Assembly (NCBI GenBank): GCA_048938895.1
Contig: JBHLLU010000003.1
Location: 32,001 to 96,000, forward strand
Length of the DNA stretch: 64,000 bases
Direction of reading: 5' to 3'
Source of the DNA: Promethearchaeota archaeon
GTDB lineage: Archaea > Asgardarchaeota > Lokiarchaeia > Sigyniarchaeales > SOKP01
The notes under the pieces were generated by a model. That model was not told the origin of the DNA. It was given only the letters and a program-made list of their open reading frames with translations, and searched no databases. Made by a program: the position numbers and the translations under genes. Each line of letters begins with the position of its first letter. Positions within the stretch are counted from its first letter, which is position 1. Shown here in pieces: positions 10,096-20,489 of the stretch.

Positions 10096-11364
10096 TTAAA
10101 AATTTCGTGGGTCTGTTATTTTCCCTTTTATTGCTGATGCTGCTACGGTTGCTGGTGATCCCAGATAAATTTTTGAATTAATACTACCCATTCTACCTTG
10201 AAAATTCCTATTTGAGCTAGATATACATGTTTCACCTGGTGCAAGAAGCCCTCCATGACCTCCAAAACAAGCTCCACAGCTGGGATTTGTGATTATCGCA
10301 CCAGCGTTTAAAAAAACTTCAAAGATTCCCTCAGTTGCTGCTTTCAACCATACGGTTTTTGAAGCTGGTGTAATTATCATGCGAACATCCTTGTGAATTT
10401 TCTTTCCTTCCAAAATATTTGCTGCTACCTTTAAATCTTCATATCTCCCATTTGTACAAGATCCTAAGAATGCTTGGTTGATGTTAATACCTTCTACTTC
10501 AGTAACGGGTTTAACATTATCAATGGTATGCGGGCAAGAAATTTGAGGTTCTAATTCATCAACATCCATTTCATAGATTTTTTCATATATGGCATCCTCA
10601 TCAGGTTTCACTAAATTGAATGACTTTTTTGTTCTTTTTCTAACCCAATCGATAAGTTTTTGGTCAGGAACTCCAAAGGCAAACTTTGCACCTAATTCCA
10701 AAGCAAAATTAGACATTGTCATTCTAGAGGAAATACTTAAATCTTCCATGGCATTTCCTGTAAATTCAATAGATTTGTAATTCGCAACTTCAGCAGTGTA
10801 ATCTCCGGCAATTTTTATAATTATATCTTTGCTCATTATGTTGTTAGAGAGCTTACCAGAAATGTTAAATTTTATAGTATGGGGTACTTTAAACCATAAT
10901 TTTCCTTTCACATATGCATAAAAAAGATCAGTATTTCCAACACCACAACTTGCTGCATTAAAAGCTCCATATGTCGTTGTATGACTGTCACCACCAATAA
11001 TTAGCATACCTGGTCTAATGTGACCCTTCTCTGGTAATACTTGGTGGCAAACACCCTCTTTTATGTCATAAAAATGTGTTATTCCTTGTTTTTTAACAAA
11101 ATTTCGAATCATATCATGGACTGTCGCCCATCTTTCAGTTGGGGCAGGATTATAATGATCGAATAACACTACAATTTTATTTGGATCAAATACTTTTCTC
11201 TTTTCGGAGGGTTTTATTTTATTAAAATCTAAAGAAACCTTTGCAGTACCAAAATGACTCATTATAAGGTCGATTCTGGCATTTATTATATTTCCTGGTT
11301 TAACTTCATATTCAGAAATATTATGAACCGAAAGAATCTTTTCTGCAATAGTTTTTCCATCCAT
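10096..11364 (-). CDS. leuC: 3-isopropylmalate dehydratase/homoaconitase large subunit
   Basis: GVCHQV, GDSHTTTYGA, GSCTNGR, NPSCGACFG, NRNFQGRMG, SPATVAASA. Substrate (LeuC vs HacA) not resolved. Confidence 0.9.
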   Translation of the reverse strand: MDGKTIAEKILSVHNISEYEVKPGNIINARIDLIMSHFGTAKVSLDFNKIKPSEKRKVFDPNKIVVLFDHYNPAPTERWATVHDMIRNFVKKQGITHFYDIKEGVCHQVLPEKGHIRPGMLIIGGDSHTTTYGAFNAASCGVGNTDLFYAYVKGKLWFKVPHTIKFNISGKLSNNIMSKDIIIKIAGDYTAEVANYKSIEFTGNAMEDLSISSRMTMSNFALELGAKFAFGVPDQKLIDWVRKRTKKSFNLVKPDEDAIYEKIYEMDVDELEPQISCPHTIDNVKPVTEVEGININQAFLGSCTNGRYEDLKVAANILEGKKIHKDVRMIITPASKTVWLKAATEGIFEVFLNAGAIITNPSCGACFGGHGGLLAPGETCISSSNRNFQGRMGSINSKIYLGSPATVAASAIKGKITDPRNF

Positions 11365-11438
11365 TTAATAACATCAGTATGAATTTTTGTATATAAATAA
11401 TAGAAAGGGTAAAAATTTGAAGAATAAAGCATACCCAT

Positions 11439-12863
11439 TTAAAGATATGCTAATGCAATGTTATCTAACTGCTTTTGGAGTGATGAATCAATAGGTTTTA
11501 GAGAAGGTTTATTAAGTAATCTAATTGCTTCTTCTCTTGCTCTCTTTCTGGATGACTTTGATCCGTTTTTCTTCCATGTTTCCCGAGTCATTCTATCTAT
11601 AATTTGACTAGGAAGAAATAATTCTTTTCTAAAATATTTCAAAGTTAAAGGATGCGATAACAATTCTTCTTTATCTTCATAATCTTTCAAAATTTCTGAA
11701 GCAAATGGTTTCCCATAATCTTCAATACCGCGAATCAATCTTTTAACCATACCTGCAATTTCATTGTCGGTGATAAGTTTCTCAATACTTTGAGTAGATT
11801 CAAAATCAAGCATTCCGGGACCAGAAATCATATTAATTCCAGCAAGACCCGCAAGCAGTGCCCCCATTCCTGCCTCAAAACCCGCTTGTCCATCAGGAAT
11901 TTTGGAATCGCTTAAACTCATATAGGCATGAGTAGGCAAGTTCAAAAACTTACCCATTTCAACATCTCCAAGATTAATCATCATGGTTTCAATCGCGCCC
12001 ATCGGTGTAGTACCATGTTTCATATCGAATACAGCAGGGGAACCACCCCAAATTAATGGAGCACCTTTATTAGTTGATTGAACAATCACAACTCCTGCAA
12101 GGCACTCGGCACAATGTTGGGTAATTGACCCTATTAAAGTAATAGGAGCACTGGCTCCTGATAAAGGCATTGAGACAAATTCCGAAGGAATCATGCTTTT
12201 AGCAGCATCTATCAATGATTGGGTTGTTAGATCAGACCATTTTAATGGAGGACTAGGACAAGCATCAAATATTGCTAACGGTTTCCGAGCTAAATCATCT
12301 TCAGAATTTCTACATACTAATAAAATTTCTTTCATAATTGAAAAGCTTTCTTTTCTAAATGTTCCCGTTACTACAGGTTTAAAACAATTCGATAATGCTA
12401 AATATAAACGATGCCAATCCTGTGCATCATTAGGAACGTCTTGATAGATCAGAGCAGTACTTTGGGCTTCAATATACTTCAATTGCTCAACGATCTTGGA
12501 AAATCTAATGAAGTCATTAGATTGTCCCTCTCTTAGTTGTCCTGTACTTTCATCGAGTATGAAAATAGCAGCTGACCCAGGATCGTAATGAACTTGATCC
12601 TCTGTTAAAGTTATATGTTCTTCCCCTTCTCTATCAAATAGCGTAATCTTATTAGGGGTTGAATTCAAAGCTTTATCAATCAAATCTGATGGGATAAAAT
12701 ACCTTGAACCATCATGGTTCAACCCCATCTTTTCAAACATATCAATTGCTTCTTGATTTTCAATAAATATTCCTTGGGTTTCTAAAATTGTTTTTGCTTC
12801 CTCTAAAATGAGTTTTTTATGTTCAATATCTAAAATACTAATCTTTGGTCTAATTATTGTCAT
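11439..12863 (-). CDS. MttB-superfamily methyltransferase (non-pyrrolysine, MtgB-like)
   Basis: SPPLKW, MPLSGASAPITLIG, FDMKHG, DSKIPDGQAGFE, GPGMLDF; no in-frame TAG. Confidence 0.85.
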   Translation of the reverse strand: MTIIRPKISILDIEHKKLILEEAKTILETQGIFIENQEAIDMFEKMGLNHDGSRYFIPSDLIDKALNSTPNKITLFDREGEEHITLTEDQVHYDPGSAAIFILDESTGQLREGQSNDFIRFSKIVEQLKYIEAQSTALIYQDVPNDAQDWHRLYLALSNCFKPVVTGTFRKESFSIMKEILLVCRNSEDDLARKPLAIFDACPSPPLKWSDLTTQSLIDAAKSMIPSEFVSMPLSGASAPITLIGSITQHCAECLAGVVIVQSTNKGAPLIWGGSPAVFDMKHGTTPMGAIETMMINLGDVEMGKFLNLPTHAYMSLSDSKIPDGQAGFEAGMGALLAGLAGINMISGPGMLDFESTQSIEKLITDNEIAGMVKRLIRGIEDYGKPFASEILKDYEDKEELLSHPLTLKYFRKELFLPSQIIDRMTRETWKKNGSKSSRKRAREEAIRLLNKPSLKPIDSSLQKQLDNIALAYL

Positions 12864-12885
12864 AATTTATCCTTTATCTTGAAAT

Positions 12886-13764
12886 TTAAATTAAATCTAT
12901 AATTTTTTTAATTTCCCTTATTGTATCAGGTGATGTACCGCAGCAACCACCAACTACTTTTACTCCTAATTTAATCATTTTCTTTATATCATTTACAAAT
13001 TCTTGAATAGGTTGTTCATAAAAAGTTTTGGTTCCTTCTATTCTTGGTTTCCCTGCATTAGGTTTTATGGATATTGGTAAATCTGTAAGTTCTACTGCTT
13101 CTTTTACCAAATCAAGCATATCATTTGATCCAATAGTACAATTTGCTCCTATCACATCAACATTTTCATTTTCTAATGTATGAATACATTTTTCTAAAGG
13201 ATCACCCATAATTGTAAAAAAACCTCTTTTAGTCTTTTTATATGTAATTGAAGCAATAATAGGTTTCGTTGATACTTCTTTTACAGCATGGACTGCAGCA
13301 AGCATTTCTTCTAAATCTGAAATTGTCTCAATATGAAATAAATCAACTCCCTTGTCTAAAAGTTCGGTTTGTATTTTAAAACTTGAAAACCATTCATCAC
13401 GTGTAATTTTTCCTACAGGGGGTCTAAACTCTCCAGTTGGCCCAATATCACCAACAATTAAACGTTCTGGAGGGCAAGCTTTTTGAATATTCTCTAATGC
13501 TTTTTCAATTATAGTATCGATTTTATGTTCAAGGTTATGATTTCTCAGATTTAATGGAGTTGATCCAAATGTATTTGATTGACACATATCTGAACCAGCA
13601 TTATAATAAGATTTATGGATATTAAAAATTGTATCTGGTTTTTCTATATTCAATATGTCTGGTACTTTACCTGGCTCTAATCCCCGTTTAATCAGTTCAG
13701 TCCCCATTGCCCCATCAAAAAGTATTATTTTTGATTCATCTTTCAACCAATCATGAAATGACAT
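12886..13764 (-). CDS. Homocysteine S-methyltransferase domain protein (stand-alone MetH N-terminal module)
   Basis: DGAMGTEL, SNTFG, GDIGPTG, GANC, KPNAGKP and GGCCGT (Zn ligands). Confidence 0.9.
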   Translation of the reverse strand: MSFHDWLKDESKIILFDGAMGTELIKRGLEPGKVPDILNIEKPDTIFNIHKSYYNAGSDMCQSNTFGSTPLNLRNHNLEHKIDTIIEKALENIQKACPPERLIVGDIGPTGEFRPPVGKITRDEWFSSFKIQTELLDKGVDLFHIETISDLEEMLAAVHAVKEVSTKPIIASITYKKTKRGFFTIMGDPLEKCIHTLENENVDVIGANCTIGSNDMLDLVKEAVELTDLPISIKPNAGKPRIEGTKTFYEQPIQEFVNDIKKMIKLGVKVVGGCCGTSPDTIREIKKIIDLI

Positions 13765-13793
13765 TTTTTCAATTACCTCCTATAAATTAAGCT

Positions 13794-14441
13794 TTATTTG
13801 TTAAGTAGAGAGGTAACTAATCTTACCGCATCAATAGCATTTTCAGCGAACCCATCAGCATTACATTCCTTAACCCATGAACCAGTCACTGGAGCACCAC
13901 CAAGAATTACTTTAAACTTATCCAATAAATTGCGTTCCTTTAGAATTTCGATAATTCTTTTTTGTCCAAACATAGTAGTTGTCAGAAGTGCAGAAACACC
14001 AATTATATCTGCATTTTTTTCTATAGCTACATCCACAATTTTCTCGGCTGGAACATCAGTACCTAAATCATATACTTCATACCCATACGCTCTTAACATA
14101 GTAGCGACTATAGTTTTCCCTATGGAGTGAATATCTCCTTCTATCGTTGCCATGACTATAGTACCACGCGAAATTTCTTCAGATCCCTTTTTTAAGTGGG
14201 GAATTATTAAATCTAAGCTTTTTTGCATAACCTCTGCACCCTTCATTAATTCTGGAAGAAAAAATTCTCCTTCTTCCCATAATTCTCCAACTTTACGAAT
14301 TCCAGTTGCAAATCCTTTTTCAATGACATCCATTAAATCCATATCTTCAGAAATAGCTCTCTTTGCGAGATCTATCGCTTTTTCTTCATCTAAATCAACA
14401 ATAGAATCAACCATTTCTTTAAAAATATCTTCTTGAGACAT
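13794..14441 (-). CDS. Corrinoid (B12-binding) methyl-carrier protein, MttC/MtbC-like
   Basis: GEFFLPEL cap domain, EGDIHSIGK (DxHxxG), SALLTTTM, GGAPV. Confidence 0.92.
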   Translation of the reverse strand: MSQEDIFKEMVDSIVDLDEEKAIDLAKRAISEDMDLMDVIEKGFATGIRKVGELWEEGEFFLPELMKGAEVMQKSLDLIIPHLKKGSEEISRGTIVMATIEGDIHSIGKTIVATMLRAYGYEVYDLGTDVPAEKIVDVAIEKNADIIGVSALLTTTMFGQKRIIEILKERNLLDKFKVILGGAPVTGSWVKECNADGFAENAIDAVRLVTSLLNK

Positions 14442-14608
14442 TTCATATCACCTTTAGTCAAATTGATAGAAATTAATTTTTTGCTTAAAACATATCAATA
14501 TTATTTTACATATTAAGAATAAGAAAAACCTTATTGTTAAATAGAAAAAAATATTTGTAAGCCTTCCTTTTCGTTTTTAATTAAAGTTAGATCCCTAGTG
14601 ATTTAATC

Positions 14609-15958
14609 ATGAAGAAATTTTCAAAAGAGCCCCTTAGAGGATTTAAAGACTTTTACCCAGAGGATTTAAGAGAATTTAATTGGATCGTTGATAATATTGC
14701 ATATATTGCTGAATTATATAGTTATGACGAGTTTAGAAGTCCACAATTAGAACCTGTTGAAATTTTTGCTGCGAAAACTTCAGATGAACTTGTATATGAA
14801 CAATCATTTATTGTTGAGAAAAAGGAGGGAGAACGATTAATCTTGATTCCTGAACTAACACCATCATTAGCTCGAATGATTGCCAGAAAAAGTCAAGAAC
14901 TTAAGAAACCTATAAGATGGTTTTCAAATCCTACTTGTTTTCGGTATGAACGTCCCCAGAGAGGAAGACGTAGGATGTTTAATCAAATTAATTTCGATAT
15001 ATTAGGAGAAGAGAGTCTTTATGCGGAACTTGAAATTTTTAATATAATTGTGGACATTTTTAATGAGTTTGGGGCTACGGCTAAACAATTCCAAATTTAC
15101 TATAATAGCCGACGATTTATAGATGAGTTATGCAGATCCATCCTTAAATTCTCTCAGGATGAGATACCAATGGTATATAAAGTCATAGATAAGTCGGATA
15201 AAATGGAAAAGGAAGAATATAGGAAGTTTGTTAATGATTCATTTCAAGATGAATCCAAAATTAATGGGGTCTTAAAACTGACAAGTGCAAAATCTATCAA
15301 GGAATTATTGAATCAGTTTGATGTGATACCACAAGAGTTTTATAATTCAGAAGGATACTTAGAAATCGTAAACTTCGAAAAACTTATAATGGAATCTGGT
15401 CTTTCAGATTATTGTACTTTCGCTTCTAGTGTAGTAAGAGGCTTAGATTATTATACTGGCATTGTGTTCGAAGTTTTTGATACAGGTAGGGAAAATATAA
15501 GAAGTATTTTTGGAGGGGGGAGATATGATGATTTGTTATCTATATTTTCTGATGAAAGAATTTCTGGAATAGGTTTTGGATTGGGTATTTTAATGTTGTC
15601 ATTATTTTTAAAAACGTATAATTTAATCCCTGAAGAAGTATACAAAAAAGATTATTCAGATACAATATATATAACATCAGTCAATAAGGAGGTTGCAAGT
15701 TATTCAATTGATCTAGCACGCTCAATTCGAGATGAGGGTTTTCCTTGCATAGTTGATTATCGATTTTCAAATTTAAAAAATCAAATCAAGAAAGCAGATG
15801 AACTTGGTGTTTTTATAGTATTAATTATTGGTCCTGAAGAGTTTGAGGGAAATAAGGTTACCTTAAAAAATCTGATTTCTGAAGAACAAAAAACGGTTGA
15901 TTTTGAAGATATTATTGATGAGATTTATAGCATTCTTGATGAACTTGAAGAATCATAA
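14609..15958 (+). CDS. hisS: Histidine-tRNA ligase
   Basis: RGFKDFYP, PELTPSLAR, FRYERPQRGRRRMFNQ, VRGLDYYTG, GGGRYD, C-terminal anticodon-binding domain. Confidence 0.95.
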   Translation: MKKFSKEPLRGFKDFYPEDLREFNWIVDNIAYIAELYSYDEFRSPQLEPVEIFAAKTSDELVYEQSFIVEKKEGERLILIPELTPSLARMIARKSQELKKPIRWFSNPTCFRYERPQRGRRRMFNQINFDILGEESLYAELEIFNIIVDIFNEFGATAKQFQIYYNSRRFIDELCRSILKFSQDEIPMVYKVIDKSDKMEKEEYRKFVNDSFQDESKINGVLKLTSAKSIKELLNQFDVIPQEFYNSEGYLEIVNFEKLIMESGLSDYCTFASSVVRGLDYYTGIVFEVFDTGRENIRSIFGGGRYDDLLSIFSDERISGIGFGLGILMLSLFLKTYNLIPEEVYKKDYSDTIYITSVNKEVASYSIDLARSIRDEGFPCIVDYRFSNLKNQIKKADELGVFIVLIIGPEEFEGNKVTLKNLISEEQKTVDFEDIIDEIYSILDELEES

Positions 15959-16335
15959 ATCAACCAAAAGCTTAGCTTTTCATCTAAAATTAGCCCAAAA
16001 TAAGAAAAGAAGCAAAATGGGGGATGTATAGAGCTTTAAAACTAAGGCAATTATATAAATTCAGAATGAACCCTATTATTGATTGGGAAAAAAGTTACAT
16101 TTAATTTTCATTTAATAAAGAAAAATCAAAAAGGTTTCAACTTTCTAATTTAACTGCTTTATTGAATTAGATTTAGAGAGTAAAGAATTTAAAGGAAAGA
16201 AAACGTCAAATTCAAATTCTTAAAAAATTATTCATATTAAAAGAAAAATTGGAAATGAGTCCAAAAATTACTTAAATTCATAACCAACAATTACTAAAAT
16301 TATTGATTAAAAAACACAATTAAGTTAGAATAATT

Positions 16336-17256
16336 ATGCATTTTATTGAAAAATTAATTCAATTAATAAAAGAAAAAAAAAGTGTAATTTCGATGGGATT
16401 GGATCCTAGAATGGATAAAGAGGGTGAAATCCCTCAGTATCTCATCAAGGAATTACAAGATCCTAATAAGGTTATTTTAGAGTATAATAAGAGTTTAATC
16501 GAGAGTACATCAGATTTAATCCCTGTAGTTAAACCCCAAATTGCATTTTATGAAAAATATGAAGCCTTAGACGCGTTAAAAGAAACAATTAAATATGCAC
16601 ATAAGAATGATTTACTGGTAATATTAGATGCGAAACGAAATGATATTGGATCGACTTCCGAAGCATATGCTTATTCCATATTCAAAAATTATAATGCTGA
16701 TGCATGCACTATCAATGCATATCTAGGAATTGATGGTGTTAAACCTTTTCTTGATTACAAGGAGAAAGGTTTGTTTATTCTTGTAAAAACTTCAAATCCA
16801 AGTAGTGAGGATTTCCAAAATTTATTTAGTGCTAAATTAAAGGATGTACCTGATGATATTTCTGAATACCGAGTCCATGAATACGATTTGAAAAGAAATT
16901 ATATTATGATGGCTGAATTAGTGCAGTTTTGGTCTAAAGAACTCACTAAGTTTTCTAATTTTACTAATCTTGGAGTAGTTGCGGGTGCTACTTTCCCTAC
17001 AGAACTTAAAAAGATAAGAAAAATTGTAAAAAACTCTTTTATTCTAATTCCGGGTTATGGTATTCAAGGTGCTCAAGTAAAAGACATTAAAAATGGCTTT
17101 ACTAAGGATGGATTAGGAGCCATCGTGAATTCTTCAAGAGGGATAATTTATGCTTATAGTAAGAAGAAAGAATATACTCCAAATGAATTTTGTGAAGCTG
17201 CTAAAGATGAGATACTGAAAATGAATAAAAAAATTAATCCGGAAATTGGTATATAA
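16336..17256 (+). CDS. pyrF: Orotidine-5'-phosphate decarboxylase (subfamily 2)
   Basis: MGLDP, KPQIAFYE, ILDAKRNDIGST, KTSNP, GVVAGAT, LIPGYGIQG, NSSRGII. Confidence 0.95.
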   Translation: MHFIEKLIQLIKEKKSVISMGLDPRMDKEGEIPQYLIKELQDPNKVILEYNKSLIESTSDLIPVVKPQIAFYEKYEALDALKETIKYAHKNDLLVILDAKRNDIGSTSEAYAYSIFKNYNADACTINAYLGIDGVKPFLDYKEKGLFILVKTSNPSSEDFQNLFSAKLKDVPDDISEYRVHEYDLKRNYIMMAELVQFWSKELTKFSNFTNLGVVAGATFPTELKKIRKIVKNSFILIPGYGIQGAQVKDIKNGFTKDGLGAIVNSSRGIIYAYSKKKEYTPNEFCEAAKDEILKMNKKINPEIGI

Positions 17257-17271
17257 AAGATTATTGAACGA

Positions 17272-17691
17272 CTACAAAACATTGCCGATATTTCTAAATA
17301 TTAAATAATTAGCTCCGATTATTGGGCCTAAAATTAATAACGTTAATATAAATGAACGTGTAAGACCAGGTTTATGAATTACGTTTATAAGATTTAAGAC
17401 CAATAAAGTTGAAAAAATAACTGCCATTGCAATAAATGCTGGATTAGGGCCACCATAATAATCACATATACCATTTTTCGTACAATCCAGCTCTGTTAAA
17501 AGCATATCCAGAAGCATAGGACTACTGACAAATAAAGTTATTCCATATTGTATAAGATAACTCCCAGCAACCCATTTAATATTAGTTTTAGATTGAGCTT
17601 TAGTAATTGCCAAACCAATCCTCAGTATAAGAATACCACCTATAATTAAAACTCCTGCGATTATAAATGGTACATATTGCTGAATTTCCAT
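17272..17691 (-). CDS. Small membrane protein, about 4 TM, unknown function
   Basis: 139 aa ORF with four hydrophobic segments that fills the gap between neighbours. Confidence 0.7.
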   Translation of the reverse strand: MEIQQYVPFIIAGVLIIGGILILRIGLAITKAQSKTNIKWVAGSYLIQYGITLFVSSPMLLDMLLTELDCTKNGICDYYGGPNPAFIAMAVIFSTLLVLNLINVIHKPGLTRSFILTLLILGPIIGANYLIFRNIGNVL

Positions 17692-17887
17692 CGTTTTTAT
17701 GAATGAATTCTATTTGTAGAATTCATATTTATTTTTTAAACAATTTTTAATTAATCATATTATAAAAGATATTAGTTTTAAATTTATTTGGATTTACCTT
17801 TATTTAATTAGAATAAAAATTTATATTCATAATATTATAGAAAATTGAATTGGAGGAAGTAATAAAGATAGAAAGGTATGATATGCA

Positions 17888-19870
17888 ATGGTAGAAACTA
17901 AAGACGAAACTGTTCAAATTGACGATAACATTCCAAGGATCGCTGTTTTTATTTGCCAATGAGGTTTAAACATAGCGGAAGTAATTGCTACTAAGAATTT
18001 AGCGGAATTCGCGAAGACACTTCCAAATGTAGTTGAGGCAATAGATTATATAAGCTTGTGAACCGAATCTGGTGCGGAATTTATCAAGGAGAAAATGATT
18101 GAAACGAATGCAAATAGACTAGTAGTTGGTTCTTGTACTCCTAAAACTCATGAACCTGTATTTAAAAGCGTATTAGAAGCGATGAACATCGACTCTTCAT
18201 TCTTAGAATTTGCTAATATTCGCGAGCATTCTTCCTTTGTCCATAAACAAGATAGAGAGGGTGCTCGGAAAGTCGCTGAAGATGCCTTAAGATCAGCTGT
18301 GGCAAGAGCCTCTGTATTAGAAAAAATTATGATTAAAGAGGTTGATATTACGAAAAAAGCGCTTATAATTGGAGGTGGAGTAGCGGGATTATCGGCAGGA
18401 ATAGATTTAGCTGAAGAAGGATTTGAAGTACATTTAGTAGAAACTCAACCTACAATAGGGGGTAAAATGGCAAAACTCGATCGTACTTTTCCTACAGATG
18501 ATTGTAGCATATGAATTCTGGGACCTGTCATGCTACAAGCAGCACGAACGCCTGGGTTAAACATATATACTTACAGTGAAGTGGAAGATGTACAAGGATT
18601 CGTCGGGAACTTTACTGTAACAATTCGAAAAAAAGCCCGGTACGTGAATAACGATTGTAATGGTTGTGGCGCTTGTTGGGAAGTCTGTCCTGCGTATGGT
18701 TATAATGAATTTAACGAAGGTTTAGATTCAAGGAAAGCAATATATAGTTCATTTGCACAAGCTGTTCCTTCCTTAGCCCAAATCGACATGGATAGATGTA
18801 TTAAATGTGAGTTATGTAAAGCTGCTTGTGAAGTAGATGCAATTGATTTTGATCAGAAAGATGAAATGGTTGAATTAAAGGTTGGTTCAATCGTAGTTGC
18901 TACAGGATGGGACGAATTTGAACCTCCAACAGGATATTTAGGTTATAATAAATATCCTAATGTAATTACACAACTAAAATTAGAACGAATACTTGCTCCC
19001 AATGGACCCACTCTTGGACATCTAGCAAGGCCATCAGACGGAAAAGTACCAAAAAGAATACTATTTATTCAATGTGTAGGTTCGAGAGATTTAAATATGA
19101 ATACCTATTGTAGTTCTGGAGTTTGCTGTATGATTTCGATTAAAAATAGTAAATTAATTAAGCAGCATTCTCCTGAAACGGATATTACTGTTGCCTATAT
19201 GGATATGCGAGCCGCAGGTAAAGATTATGAAGAATATTTCACACTTTCACGAAAAGAAGGAATAAAATACATACGTACAAATGTCAGCAGAATAAAGGAA
19301 GATCCTGAAACTCATAACCTTAAAATCGTAATGCAAAACACATTAAGCTCAAGCGAATTGAAAGAATTAGAATTTGACATGGTAGTCCTCTCAGCAGCAA
19401 TGGTTCCAGCCAAGGGTGTAGAAAGTATTCAGAGAATTTTAAAACTTGAAACAAGTCAAGATGGATTTTTCAAAGAATTTCACGCACGACTTAACCCCAT
19501 TGATACGAAAATACCGGGTATAACTTTAGCGGGAGTTAGTCAAGGGCCAAAATCGATAGTCGAATCAATCGCTCAAGGAAGAGCTGCAGCATCTTCTGTT
19601 GCTAGGCTAATGAGTAAAGATAAATACCGAATATTATTAATTCGAGCCGCTGTGGAAGATAAAGAAAAATGTGCCAAATGTGGATTGTGTGAACTTAATT
19701 GTCCTTATAACGCTATTACTGTAAACGACGACGGTGCTGAAGTAAATGAAATTCTATGTAGGGGTTGTGGGAGTTGTTTAGCTAATTGCCCTTCAGAAGC
19801 AATTACATTACGCTATTATAGGGAACCTCAATATGAAAAACAAATTGACGCTATTTTGGAAGAAATATAG
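17888..19870 (+). CDS. hdrA: Heterodisulfide reductase subunit A, selenoprotein with three Sec (TGA 17960, 18059, 18512); 660 aa
   Basis: One frame from ATG 17888 reads PRIAVFICQ-U-GLNIA...DYISL-U-TESG...GSCTPKTHEP...IGGGVAG...FPTDDCSI-U-ILGPVM, then continues into track ORF 18530-19870. Each TGA sits at a conserved HdrA Cys position. Joins track ORFs 18095-18514 and 18530-19870. Confidence 0.93.
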
Positions 19871-19884
19871 AGAGGTGTAAAACC

Positions 19885-20346
19885 ATGGCAAGCAAATCTG
19901 AAAATGATATTAAAATTTTAGCTTTCCTTTGCTGGAAATGAGGTTATGGTGCAGGTGATATGGCAGGAACTATACGTGCACAGTATCCAGCCACACTTAG
20001 ACCGGTAAGAATAAATTGTACAGGACGAGTTACCCCTTCACTTATGATGCGAGCAATAGGGAAAGGCGCAGATGGAGTGGTTATAGGTGCTTGATATAGA
20101 GGAGAATGTGATTACGAAACGGGGAATTTAATTGCTGAAAGAAATGTTGGATATGTAAAAGAAATTTTAAAAACCACTGGAATTTCACCAGAACGAGTTC
20201 AAATGTTTCACTGTAGTGCTGCGGAGGGACAGAGATTCCAAGAAGAAGCAACAAGAATCACAAAATTAATAGAAAATTTAGGCAATAATCCCATTAAGGA
20301 TTCATTAAGATCTAGTGATCCAGAAATCAAGAAAAAGAAAAAATAA
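19885..20346 (+). CDS. mvhD: MvhD/VhuD [2Fe-2S] subunit, selenoprotein with two Sec (TGA 19939, 20092); 153 aa
   Basis: MASKSENDIKILAFLCWK-U-GYGAGDMAG..QYP..RINCTGRV..GADGVVIGA-U-YRGECDYETGN..GISPERV..CSAAEG; GAGGTG RBS upstream. Missing from the ORF track. Confidence 0.93.
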
Positions 20347-20414
20347 ACCGATTGAATGACTCTTATGAGAAAATCTTAGTCATAAGAAGACAAACTATAA
20401 TGTAATGGTTTCGG
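20345..20414 (+). promoter_or_regulatory. Putative SECIS element (eukaryote-like AUGA...GA core)
   Basis: ATGA (20356-59), stem TCTTATGA (20361-68), loop GAAAATCTTAG, stem TCATAAGA (20380-87), GA (20389-90). Weaker lower stem AAACC/GGTTT. Lies directly 3' of mvhD. Confidence 0.75.
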
Positions 20415-20489
20415 AAAATGAAATTTTTCAAAGTAATTAAAAAAAAAAAAAGTAATTTTTTATTAGATTAATTTAGAAAGTTTGATTCC

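Noticed and set aside
11439-12863. Pyrrolysine-containing trimethylamine methyltransferase
   Set aside because: The ORF is full length with no in-frame TAG.
16024-16275. Possible gene remnant in the hisS-pyrF gap (ATG 16024, K-rich frame with three stops)
   Set aside because: The stops are TAA/TAG, no homology is recognisable, and the pattern is expected in AT-rich intergenic DNA.
18095-19870. hdrA as a split gene or pseudogene (two track ORFs)
   Set aside because: All interruptions are TGA, in one frame and at conserved Cys sites, with a SECIS-like hairpin downstream. Sec recoding explains this better.
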